A DNA stretch of 64,000 bases from Pelagomonas calceolata (GCA_918797485.1 CAKKNE010000001.1:1178001-1242000), one strand, 5' to 3'. Positions 53,591-63,801 are shown, counted from the first letter of the stretch. Numbers and translations: made by a program. Notes: generated by a model not told the origin, from the letters alone.

Positions 53591-54382
53591 ATGTACAACG
53601 GCATCGGTCTCAGGACCGCGCGCGGCTCGGGCACGAACGGCTACGTCCAGTCCAACCGCGCCTTCGTGAAACCGGTCAACGTGAGAAGAGCCGAGGAGAT
53701 CAACCGGACCGGAGGAATAGGAGCCAGAGACGGCGAGTGGAAGGCGCGGACGGCGGTCGAGGGGAACAAGGAGATCAACGAGCACAACCGCAAACGCGAG
53801 GTCGAGGCCCAGGTCTACGCGTTGCGGGACGAGCTCGAGGAAGAAGACGTTCCCGAGGCCGAGATCGACAAAAAATGCGACGAATTACGCCAGGAATTAC
53901 TCGCGAAGATGCCCACACCAAAGAAGGTCGGCACAGACTCGCACCAGAACGCCGAGGCGAAGGCGAGAGATGATCAAAAGCTCCGCGACGCGTTCGGGAT
54001 CCGGGACGATCGGCACGTCCCCGGGGCGGCCTTCGACCGGGAACTGCAGGACCAGCTCAAGGCGCAACGCCAGGCGGAGCGCGAGGCGCGGGCGCTCGAG
54101 GAGGCGGAGCGCGCGCGGGCGCGGAAGCAGAAGGATCTTGATAGACGAGAGCGCGAACTTAAAGAGAAGGAGAAGGCTTTGAAGCGGCGCGAGCGGAAGC
54201 GCGACGGCGGCGACGATGGTCGGGCGCCGAAGCGGCGGCGGGCGCGGTCTGCGTCGTCTTCCTCCTCGTCCTCGTCCTCGTCGTCCTCGTCCTCGTCGTC
54301 CTCATCATCCTCGTCGTCGTCGTCGTCGAGCTCCTCCAGCTCTTCGTCGTCGTCGTCTAGCTCTTCGTCCTCGAGTTCGTAG
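53591..54382 (+). CDS. CWC21: Splicing factor CWC21/SRRM2-like with poly-Ser tail
   Basis: MYNGIGLRTARGSGTNGYVQSN, EHNRKREVE, LRDAFGI, GAAFDRELQ. Confidence 0.92.
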   Translation: MYNGIGLRTARGSGTNGYVQSNRAFVKPVNVRRAEEINRTGGIGARDGEWKARTAVEGNKEINEHNRKREVEAQVYALRDELEEEDVPEAEIDKKCDELRQELLAKMPTPKKVGTDSHQNAEAKARDDQKLRDAFGIRDDRHVPGAAFDRELQDQLKAQRQAEREARALEEAERARARKQKDLDRRERELKEKEKALKRRERKRDGGDDGRAPKRRRARSASSSSSSSSSSSSSSSSSSSSSSSSSSSSSSSSSSSSSSSSSS

Positions 54383-54639
54383 TGTGATAACTTGAGGAGA
54401 CCTGTAGCTTTGTTGTGACCGGAGGCCCCGAGGCCCCGGACGCGACGACGCCGTCGGAGGCCTCAGAGGCCCCGACGCCGGATTCGCCTGCGCGGACGCT
54501 CGACGATCTCGCCGCTGCGTCGCCGTCTCCGCCGCCGCCCGCGCTCACGGTCCGCCAAAGTGACGCGCTCGCCTCGTCCCTGGCACTCCTGCCGGAGATG
54601 CTCAAGCAACAGGCGCCCGCGCCTGCCGCGGAGGCGCCA

Positions 54640-55130
54640 TAGCCGATCGCCGAGTCCAAATATTCACGGGTAGCATCCAAGGAACATACCCTCGCGGCCC
54701 CCTGAGAAGTCCCTTTTTTGTCCCGAGGCTCTGTTTCAGAAATCTGGGTCCTTTCGCAGCGATGGCGCGTCTGGACTACATTGGACTACATTAAAATATT
54801 AAATATTCATATCTGTAGGTAAGGACACGGGGTTGTTAATAAGTGGATGTATTAATCTTATATACGGATAATGATCATCGGCGACGCCGACGCCTCTGTA
54901 GACGCCGGGCGCCGCAATTTATATATTTACTAGTCCTTAGCAATGATAAGCTCCCTAGTCCTTAGCAAAAGCACCCCGGATACCTAGCGTAACCGACTTA
55001 CTAGCAAATTCAAAGATACGCTTCGATAGCGTCAAAAGAATGACCAAAATTCAGAACACATCCTAGTCGTTCGCCGAGACCAAATATGTCAGAGTAGCGG
55101 CCCGGGAACATACCCTCGCGCCTCCCGGAA
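54640..55130. repeat. ~65-bp diverged direct repeat pair 424 bp apart
   Basis: TAGCCGATCGCCGAGTCCAAATAT...GGAACATACCCTCGCG at 54640 and TAGTCGTTCGCCGAGACCAAATAT...GGAACATACCCTCGCG at 55064. Confidence 0.8.
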
Positions 55131-56637
55131 GGCACCGCCCGCGACATTCGCGGATCAGTCTTACGGCTCGCCAAAGTGCGCCAGCGATTAACGCCGCCAT
55201 CTACCGTCCAAATGGGACATTATATCAACTCCAGCCCAGTTTTCATACACAATCGACGGAACCGGAGCCGACGGCCCGCGCTCGGAGGGCGGGAGAAGAA
55301 TTCTACTAGACAACTCTCGCGTTTATGTTCGTTTCCTTCCGTTTGTTGGGGGTAGATTCCATCCTGACCGCCACGACGCCGACGAGGCACATTAAGTGCT
55401 CCGTTGAAGCCGCTCGAAACGACGAATCCGCGACCCTGCGTTTACGTGATAAGTGGCTCAGAACCTAGACCTGCGAGTATCAGCGACGCCACCATCCAAA
55501 TGAACCATAACGCCGTTGTTCTATTCACAATCGACCGACTTGCCCGTTCTCCGCGGGCGACGGTGCGTACGCGGGGCACTGAATTGGCCCCAGACCGGTG
55601 GTTTATAAAATAAATTTGCATTTCAGGCGCTTTAGTAGTGGGACGGGCCAGATAACCGGCCTGAGCGTCTACTACATTTGATTTCCTATTGCCAAATGCT
55701 CCCGCGCCTTGTCGGTCTCGAGACCCCACTATCTCGATTAGATGGGCTTTAAACCTGGACCTGCGACCATCAGCCCGTGTACCATCACCATGGACCATAA
55801 TGCGACCGTTTGTTCTATGACCGACCGACTTACGCGAGCTCCAGATAAAGATGTTCACGTCCCGAGCGTGGGCAGCCCAAAGTACCCTTCTCGCGGTGTA
55901 GATGTCGTATACTTGTAATTGACTATCGCTGGGGTAGTATGGGGTCCGACGAGACCGCTACGGCGACTACTGGGGCCCCTCGGGTAATTGACGTTTTTGA
56001 CGGGAACGGGGCGCCATCGGGTCCAAATTGCACACTTTTTTCGGGGGCAGATCGGCTCCCGGACTCCCTCTGGGATAGGTCCGAGGTCGGATAGTCGCCT
56101 ACGCCGCATGCGCCGATTCTTGGAGCTCTTCGGGGAGCTCTGGATCGAAAACCTTGGGGACTTGGGCTGGAGACAGATGCGTGGCTGAGAGAATTGCCTC
56201 ATATGTCTCTACCGATGGAAGCGCCCGCGCATGCGGCGTAGGCGATTGCCCACGTCTTATACCGACCCTAGGTGGCCTCGGGGACACCTCCGGGCCCCAA
56301 ATCGACAGGATTCCACCGATGCGCCCGCCATGGCGGCGTCGTCAATTTCGCGAATTAAAAAATTAATTTTTTTCGCCCCCTAGTAAGTGTCCCATTGATC
56401 TCTTTGGACCATTAGCGAACGGAACGATACTCAAACGGCTGCATGTCGTCTTGTGTTCCCAAACCTAGTGTGTCTCCACCCTAGCTTGCTGGGTCAAACT
56501 TAAAAAACAAAGCTGCCCATTTGCCTGCCAGAGCTCATCTGCACAGCATCAGGAGAGCATCAGTCGTAGCAGCACAAATAGGCTGCCCCACGCTAGTCGG
56601 CGCGGCATCTATAACACTACTCAAAACATAGCATACC

Positions 56638-57304
56638 ATGTCGACGACAGCGCGACCCGCCTGGAGCGACGACTGCTTCAAACCACAGCCAGAGCGCCAC
56701 TACAGAGGCAAAAGGCCCTCGCGGCGGTTGGTTGCGGGAAACTCGGCGAGGACGACAAGTGTAGCATCGATCGTCACCCAGGACGGAGTCCATCCGGACG
56801 AGGCGGCAGATTGGTTGGGCCTCGGGGCACGGCGCCGCGGTCCCGAAAGTGTGCCGCCGCCGCCGAGCGGGACGAGGAGCCTGCGCGAGGCGCTGGAGGC
56901 GAGCGCCGCACCGACCCAGCACGCCGCCGGCCAAACCACGGCGCGCAAGTCAATGCGTGAGCCGGCGGAGCGCTACCAGCGCGAGCTGCCGCCGCCTCCA
57001 GTGGCAACCCCAGCAGAGCCGGAGCCGCCAGCGCCGCCCCCGCCGCCGCCGCCCGCGCTGACACAAACAGATTCCCGGCGCCTTGGCCGCAGACACTTCG
57101 GCGGCGCGAGGACGCGGCCCGAGGGCTTCCTCGTTTGGGACGAGTCGGCCCACGAAGCGGCGGTGCGCGCGCGGGCACCGACGGCCACGCGGATATCGGT
57201 ACGCGCTCGCCAGGGCGCGCCGGCGCCCGCGCGGCCGCCTGATACTTCCCTGGGGAGCGTCATAGGTTGTGATAATGTTGACACCTTATTATTATTGCTC
57301 GTGA
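56638..57304 (+). CDS. Hypothetical Pro-rich protein (possible intron 57199-57265; 3' end uncertain)
   Basis: ATG with a CTAG-box variant upstream (56465). A GTACGC...CATAG candidate intron avoids the long antisense overlap. Confidence 0.45.
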
Positions 57305-58152
57305 TTCGTCTCCCGCCGCCTCGTACAACTCGAAAGCAAGCGCACACTGGCGAACGACAGCAGAAACACGGCATAGGACGCGAGGTAGGGATAGGACGGA
57401 GCCGCCGGCGCCGGCGCTTCCGCCGCGGGGAGCCGGGCGCAAAACGCGTGGTCGTGGTAGATGCCGTGCCCGCCGACGCGGCAGCCGCTCGTCCGATAGG
57501 CGTCCTCGATCTCCCAGACCGTCGCCGTTCCGTCGTCGACGGCCTGCCGGAACACCAATGCCGCCGCCCACTCGTTGTGCACGCGGCGGCCGAGGAGCCG
57601 CGGCCCGTGCGCCCATAAGGAGTGATTCATCGCCGTCGGCCGGGCGGCGAAGAAGTCCGTGCAGATTGCGGGATGCGACGTGTTGCGCGGGCAGCAGCGC
57701 TCGAGCACTGCGACCTTTGGCTCTATCATCCGTGCTGCGAGAAACTTTGTGTCTTCGAAGCGCACGTCAGGGTTCGTGCGCACGATCCAAGCATAGCGAT
57801 CGAACCAGCCGCGCCGGGCGGCGATCATCATCGCGGAGAGAGCTCCTTCTTGGAGTCCGGGATTCCATCGCGTCCAGGCGAGCGTCGCATTACGCACAGG
57901 GAGCGCCGCGAGGGCGTGCGCCCACGACGCAACGTCGGCGGCGAGCTGGTTGGAGCCGGCGTAGAGGAGCACGTCGGCTTCTCCTAACAACGGCGAGCGC
58001 CGGAGCGCGTTGGGCCAACACGAACGTAAAGTAGAGAGGTGGCATTCCGAGCAGTGGGTCGTGAGGTAGAGTAGAATCGACGCCGATGGGCCGCGATCGC
58101 GGCGAATGGGAATCACGGCGAGGGCGCGGTCGGGCAACGCTGCGGCGGGCAA
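57292..58152 (-). pseudogene. 5'-truncated hypothetical (glycosyltransferase-like) gene
   Basis: GWFDRYAWIVRTNPDV, CTDFFAARP. No ATG at the start and an in-frame stop 18 codons upstream. Confidence 0.5.
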
Positions 58153-58550
58153 CTCTCTGGACCTTCGTCTCGGTGCTCTGGTCGCGCGGCATCCGCTACG
58201 TCGTCATCGGCGCGCGCCTGCTGGACGCGATCAAACGCGCGGGCCACGAACGGATGTATACTGGGGGCGTCGCGGGTTTGCTTGGTATGATGATATTCAA
58301 CGCCGTCGTCATCGCGGACTGCGCGCGGCGGCTCTGGAAGTTCGGCGTCCGGACGCCGATGCCTCGGCCTCCAATTCAACCCTCGGAGCGACTCCACGGC
58401 TTCATGCTCTTCTCGAAGGAGATGCGTCCCTACGTCGAGCGCGACGACCCGTCGCTCACGTATGGCCAGGTCGGCAAGCGCCTCGCCGAGCTCTGGCGAT
58501 GCCTGACGGACGCGGAGAAGGCCAAGTATGCACTGCCGAGGAGGCGCTAA
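58086..58550 (+). CDS. HMG-box protein (5' end probably truncated)
   Basis: GFMLFSKEMRPYVERDDPSLTYGQVGKRLAELWRCLTDAEKAKY. Confidence 0.7.
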   Translation: MGRDRGEWESRRGRGRATLRRATLWTFVSVLWSRGIRYVVIGARLLDAIKRAGHERMYTGGVAGLLGMMIFNAVVIADCARRLWKFGVRTPMPRPPIQPSERLHGFMLFSKEMRPYVERDDPSLTYGQVGKRLAELWRCLTDAEKAKYALPRRR

Positions 58551-58607
58551 CTACAGTAGGATTCTTAACGTAGTGGACAGGGGGGGACAGTGGACAGGGG
58601 GGATTGT

Positions 58608-60716
58608 TCATACCGGTACAGCCGTCTCGGCCGCCGGTTTAATGACGGCCTTGAGCGCCGCCGCGTCGAGCGTCTCGTGCTCGACCAGCGCGTCGGCCAA
58701 AGCACGAATAATGCTCTCGTGGTCCTTCACGAGTTGCAAGGCGCGTGCTTCCGCCTCGACAAGCTCCGCGCGCACAGCTGCGTCGCCATCCTCGCCACCA
58801 ATTTCATGCCTCTTGCCATATTCATCAATCCAAGACGTGAAGACGGCGCCGTCCTGCGACAACCCATACGTCTTGACGATGGCCTCCGCTAAGACAGCAG
58901 CTCTCCGGACGTCGTCGGCCGCGCCCGTCGACGCGTCTCCTAGCAAGTGGGCCTCGGCGGCCTTGCCCGCGAGCATCATCACAACTCTATCACGTAATTC
59001 GGCCCGTCTCAGATTCGTCGCGTCGCCGGCGCCGAACATCGTGACTCCTAGCGAGCCGCCGCTCCGGGGCCTTACCGACGCGCGCGTCGCCTCGTCCACA
59101 TTTTCCAGAAAGAAGCTCGAGACCGCATGCCCGGCCTCGTGGACGGCGATCCGATGGTCCGGTTTCGGGGACGCGCCGTCCGGGTGCGTGGGGATGCCCA
59201 GTATAGCATCTTCAAGGGCTCTCAAATAGTCGTCCCTCGTCGCGTAGTCTTGGTCCTTGTCCAACGCGGCCAGGGCTGCATCGTTGACGACCGCAGCAAC
59301 ATCCGCACCCACCAACCCGGGAGATAAATCAGCCAGAGTCGAGGCGAGGTCAGTATCATTCTCGACCTTCGAACCGCCCTCGTAAGATACAGAAAATGAA
59401 ACATCTTCTGAACCGCTCTTGCGCTGCGCCCTCCTACCCTGGGCCCTTGCAATAATAGCTTCCAGGTCGCGCGCATCTAACCTAGCGGTATTATTGGCAA
59501 ACAACGTCGCTTTTGCTCTCAACCCGGCCGCCTTGACGGGCTTGAAGACTCGCAACGTCGTATTGTCGAGGGCCTGGCAGGCAACTTCGGTATTATCGAC
59601 CTTGAACGTAATCTCGCGCGCCAGGAACGCCGACCGCTGCCTGCCGACGTAGTGCTCGAATAAAGCTTCTCTTCCATCTCTATCCGGCGCCGCCATCTCG
59701 ACCACCCTATCAAAACGGCCTCTTCTGGTAAGAGCGGGATCGAGCATGTCCCGCCTATTCGTCGCGGCTAGGACGACAACATCGGGATTGGAGGCATCTC
59801 TCACCCCAAAGCCGTCCATCTCGACCAGTAATTGGTTCAGCGTGTTGTCGTGGTCCGCACCTACTGCCGACGCGTCGCCGCCTCGGACTCTTCCACACGA
59901 GTCGAGCTCATCAATAAAAACCACGGCGAGTCTGCCCGTACTTCGCGCGGCCACGCGTCTCGCAGCCGCGAACAGCGTGCGCACTCGTTCGACGCCGACG
60001 CCCGCGTACTTGCCCTTGACGATTTCAGCTGCCGAGGCTACCAACAAAGGCGCGTCGAGCTGCGCGGCCGCCGCTCGGGCTATCAATGTTTTTCCCGTCC
60101 CCGGCGGACCAGCTAGTAAGACGTTGCGCGGCGGCGTCGCGCCGGCCCTCCGGGCTTTTTGTGAGGCGTCGGCCGCGCCGGCCACGCGTAGTATTCTTCT
60201 CAACTCCGACACCGCCGCGGGCGCACCTACCACGTCGTCCCAGGTCGTGGCGTCCGGTCCACTTCCGCCGCCGTAGACCGTGATGAAATCGTCGACGCCC
60301 TCCTCGTTCAAAATAACGCCTTCTCTACCCAACTTCTTCTTGATCGATTGGGTTATACTTCGAAACGTGTACGCGCAGGACCGCGGTGCTAACACGCAGC
60401 CCTGGAGCAGCGCTAGAGCTAGTCTTGCCGCCGTTTTAGGACCGGTGAAGCGTTTTGTGGTCGCGGTCGTGTTCGCGACGAAGCCTTCTTCCGGTGCCGT
60501 GTGCGAGGCGTTCTTGCCGCCGCCACTTGGCGGCTTAGGCTTGGGGGCCCGGGGCGCTTTGCGGGTCTTGCGGCGCGGGGCGAGGGGCGTGCTGCCGGCG
60601 GCGGTCGCCAGCAGCACCACGCAGCCGAGGTTTACCGCATGACCGACCCCAATGAGAGGACTGAAACCCAGTGCCCAAAAAAAGGCTGTGATCAGGACGG
60701 GGATCGGCGTACGCAT
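58608..60716 (-). CDS. ftsH: FtsH/AFG3-like AAA+ zinc metalloprotease
   Basis: N-terminal TM; GPPGTGKT, VFIDELD, NQLLVEMDGF, ATNR..LDPALTRRGRFDR, HEAGH, STGAADD. Confidence 0.9.
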   Translation of the reverse strand: MRTPIPVLITAFFWALGFSPLIGVGHAVNLGCVVLLATAAGSTPLAPRRKTRKAPRAPKPKPPSGGGKNASHTAPEEGFVANTTATTKRFTGPKTAARLALALLQGCVLAPRSCAYTFRSITQSIKKKLGREGVILNEEGVDDFITVYGGGSGPDATTWDDVVGAPAAVSELRRILRVAGAADASQKARRAGATPPRNVLLAGPPGTGKTLIARAAAAQLDAPLLVASAAEIVKGKYAGVGVERVRTLFAAARRVAARSTGRLAVVFIDELDSCGRVRGGDASAVGADHDNTLNQLLVEMDGFGVRDASNPDVVVLAATNRRDMLDPALTRRGRFDRVVEMAAPDRDGREALFEHYVGRQRSAFLAREITFKVDNTEVACQALDNTTLRVFKPVKAAGLRAKATLFANNTARLDARDLEAIIARAQGRRAQRKSGSEDVSFSVSYEGGSKVENDTDLASTLADLSPGLVGADVAAVVNDAALAALDKDQDYATRDDYLRALEDAILGIPTHPDGASPKPDHRIAVHEAGHAVSSFFLENVDEATRASVRPRSGGSLGVTMFGAGDATNLRRAELRDRVVMMLAGKAAEAHLLGDASTGAADDVRRAAVLAEAIVKTYGLSQDGAVFTSWIDEYGKRHEIGGEDGDAAVRAELVEAEARALQLVKDHESIIRALADALVEHETLDAAALKAVIKPAAETAVPV

Positions 60717-60836
60717 CCTGCCAAGGTGATCAGCGGTAGGTGGGTGATAGCCGCGAACTTTGTGACGTGTTTTTGACGGCTCTAGGTAGGCCAATGCAGA
60801 GAAGTAGCCTCGAGAGCTGACGGTGTTTTTTTGTTT

Positions 60837-60859
60837 CTAGTGTGTCAATCAACGCTAGC
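60837..60859 (+). promoter_or_regulatory. CTAG-box (CTAGTGTGTCAATCAACGCTAGC) in divergent spacer
   Basis: Lies between 60716(-) and 61071(+). Confidence 0.6.
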
Positions 60860-61070
60860 TCGGCTGCTCGGCAAAAAAGCGTGCGATACGTGCCAAAATC
60901 AGCGCGCTGTGCCAGCAAACAGTAGCGACGGACGCATCGTTCAACTCTCGCAATCGTTCGGCAGCGTTTCATTGCTGCACAGCCTCCAGTGACAAGTGCC
61001 TCCCAGCAGTGCACAGCTCATAGCACTCGTACGACTCGTGCTGCTGTGCTGATAGCGCTCAGAAAACTGG

Positions 61071-62129
61071 ATGCGACTCGTGCTGACAAGCATAGCTCTC
61101 GCGTCGAGCATGGAGCCGCGCCGCTCTTTCGGCACCGAGATAGCGTCTGCTGCATCCCCGAAACCGCCGCGCTTCGTCGACGTCGACAAGTTCGACGTCG
61201 CCGACGGCGCCGCGGCGCGCGCACACCTCGACGAGCGCGGCTTTGTGGTCTTCCGAGGCGTGCTCGATCAAGGAGAGGTCGCGCGCGCGAACGAGCTCTT
61301 CTTCGACTATGTGGAAGCGTTGGGTAGCGGTGTCGACCGCAACGACGTAAATACTTGGGGCGACGACCGCTGGCCGCCGTGCGCAGGGGATGCTGGTATC
61401 CTTCCATGGTTCGGCGTCGGTCAGTCTCCTTTTATGTGGTACGTCCGCACGCGGACGAAGGTCGCCAAGGCCTACCGCCAGGCGTGGGGTTTGGACGCGG
61501 ACGCTCCCCTGGCGACGAGCTTCGACGGCTGTTGCGCCTGGCGGCCCGGGCAGGTCACGCGCTCGGGCTGGCTGCACGTGGACCAGGATGCGCTGAGAGG
61601 CAATCAGCGCGAGATGCTCCAGGGCCTCGTACACCTGACGGCGCCGGTCTCCGAGAGTACGGGCGGCCTCGTGCTCGTCGATCGTTCTCATCGCACCGTC
61701 TTCCCGCGCCTCGCCGATCAGTACGGAGATGCGCTGAAAGCGAATAACGGTGATGACTACTTCGAGCTCGGCGCCGACGACGCCGCGTACGCCGACCCGA
61801 TCTGCTGCCGCCTCGAGCCCGGCGAACTTATTATTTGGGACTCGCGAGTGGCCCACGCGTCGCACCCGCCGAGCGAGCCGGCCGCGGACCCGCACGCGCT
61901 CGTGCGCCTCTGTGCATATGTATGTATGGCACCTCCGTCAGGAGACGAATCTGTGCAGCGCGCGCGGCGCGAGGCGTTCGAGGAAGGGCAGACGACGACG
62001 CATTGGCCCACGAAGGTCGTCACGACGGACGTCTACGAGAGCTTCGCCGCGCTGCCGGATCACGTCCGACTGCGGTACGGCGAGGCGCCGCGCGCCGCGC
62101 GGACTCCGGAGGTCGAGGCGTTGCTGTGA
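61071..62129 (+). CDS. Phytanoyl-CoA dioxygenase-family (2OG-Fe) protein
   Basis: LDERGFVVFRGVL, WLHVDQ, GGLVLVDRSH, PGELIIWDSRVAH, RLCAYVCMAP, TTTHWP. Confidence 0.82.
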   Translation: MRLVLTSIALASSMEPRRSFGTEIASAASPKPPRFVDVDKFDVADGAAARAHLDERGFVVFRGVLDQGEVARANELFFDYVEALGSGVDRNDVNTWGDDRWPPCAGDAGILPWFGVGQSPFMWYVRTRTKVAKAYRQAWGLDADAPLATSFDGCCAWRPGQVTRSGWLHVDQDALRGNQREMLQGLVHLTAPVSESTGGLVLVDRSHRTVFPRLADQYGDALKANNGDDYFELGADDAAYADPICCRLEPGELIIWDSRVAHASHPPSEPAADPHALVRLCAYVCMAPPSGDESVQRARREAFEEGQTTTHWPTKVVTTDVYESFAALPDHVRLRYGEAPRAARTPEVEALL

Positions 62130-62212
62130 CTCTCGCGGCGATGACGCCATCGCCGCGACGTTTGTAATACTGGTCTTGTGAACGTGAGTTATGTGTGAGA
62201 GAGATAAAGGGC

Positions 62213-63206
62213 CTAGATGCCGAGGAGGTCGTCGATGTCGTCCGTGTCCGCAGCCGTGAAGTGCGTCTCCTGCTGAGACGGCGCCGGCGCTTTCGCGGGA
62301 GACGCGCCAGCTCTGGTGCCGACGTCGCGCTGACACAAAGGACAAGACCTATTGCGTAAGAGCCACTGGTCCAGGCACTCCGCGTGCTCCGCGTGGCGGC
62401 ACGGTAAGATCCGGACAATATCATCATCATCATACTCGCAGCGGCAGACCGCGCACTGCTCGCCGAGAATAGCAAACGTTTCACCCTTGCTCTTGGCTTC
62501 ACCGTACGTGCAGGTCGGCAGGTCGTCGAGCTGCTTCTGGTCCGTGCCTTTGGATACTTTCCCGACGTTCTCCCCTAGCTGTAAAAGTTGATCATAGGTC
62601 ATCTGCGACGGCGACAGCGATCTTTCAGTAGCTCCTTCCGGAGGTTCGATCCCGCCGTTCATCGCCATGAGCAGGGCCCTATCGTCGTCCTCCTGCTGGA
62701 GGCGCCAGGCCAGCGCTAAGCTCTCGTCGTAGTCGTCCTCCTCCTCCTCTTCGTCGCCTTCGTCGCCTGTGTTGACATCGACCGGTGAGTTCGGTTGATA
62801 CGCCATCGAGCCGACGAAGGCATGGTTTCCACGCAGATCTGTCACCCTCGTCGTCCTCACCGTCGGACGAAGCCTCCTCGCGCCGCCTCTGGGAAAGCTC
62901 CGCATGTCTAGCTGCTCCCTCCTCCTGCTCCCGCGCGTACCGCTCCTCGCGCTCCTGGAGCTCGAGGGCCAGTCTGAGGGATTCCTCCTCGGCGTTCTCG
63001 GGCTCGTCGGGCGGCGGGCTCTCGCGGCGCCGCTCGCGCACCGGCGTCGGCGCCTCGCTCGGGTCGCAGTTCGCGCTCGGGTCCCGGTACGGAGACAGGG
63101 GCGGGCCGGCCGGCGTCGGCGCCTCGCTCGAGGTGGCGGAGGCGAACGCGAGCGTCCGTTTCGCGCGGTCGGCCTGGACGGGCGTGTCCTCGGCGTAGCT
63201 CGCCAT
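62213..63206 (-). CDS. RING-H2 E3 ligase with UIM-like helices (BIG BROTHER-like layout); exons 63206-62846, 62766-62213
   Basis: EESLRLALELQ, DESLALAWRLQ, MTYDQLLQLGENVG, CAVC..LPCRHAEHAECLDQWL..CPLC. Confidence 0.85.
62767..62845 (-). mobile_element. Decayed introner intron (79 nt)
   Basis: GTGACAGAT-CTGCGTGGAAACCA...GATGTCAACACAG, then exon GCGACGAA; contains CTCGATGGCGT. Confidence 0.85.
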
Positions 63207-63741
63207 TTCTTCCTGTGTCCGCTTGGAAATGGTTCCTCGGGCGCTCTTACGCGCCGCCTGGCTGCGCTGGGATTGAGTGCAGTGCCACAGGAACGGCTTT
63301 TTTTTCGACGTGCGTTGCCTTCCGGCGGCTAACGCTTCACGCAGGTCGACGGCGTGAACCAGAAATGCGTGTGCGCTGCTCAGCAGTCCACGAAACGGAC
63401 GGCTGCGAGCTACGCGGCGGCTCGATAACGGCGCTGAGCAGGACCTCGTTGTGATGCCGCATGCTGGAAAGCCTCCCAGCAGCCGTGCAAGTCATCACAA
63501 GGCGTCCGTCTACCAGTAGACTCGACGTCAATAGGCACGGGTGCTTCCCAAAAACGTGCGGGAGTTGATGCCTGTGGCTTTTTGAGCGCCGGGACCCGCC
63601 TGCCGCTGCTGGCCGCTTAGCTGTCGATCTGACACGCAAACCTGTTCATCAGGACGCTAACGCATCACCGCGAACCGCTGCGAGCGCACGCCGCGTGCCC
63701 AGGAGCGCAGCCGGACCAGTCCCTCCTTAAAAGCAGTGTGA

Positions 63742-63801
63742 CCACTGCGCGCCGCGCGCAACCTTAAGGACCCACTGCGCGCCGCGCGCAACCTTAAGGA
63801 C
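63742..63801. repeat. 30-bp tandem duplication upstream of the ATG
   Basis: CCACTGCGCGCCGCGCGCAACCTTAAGGAC x2. Confidence 0.9.

Noticed and set aside
54248..54379. TCG/TCC microsatellite as an independent repeat element
   Set aside because: It is the poly-Ser tail of CWC21, ordinary for SRRM2-like proteins.
55404..56366. Short ORFs in the low-GC island as transposase/RT fragments
   Set aside because: No DDE, RT, integrase or other recognisable motifs.
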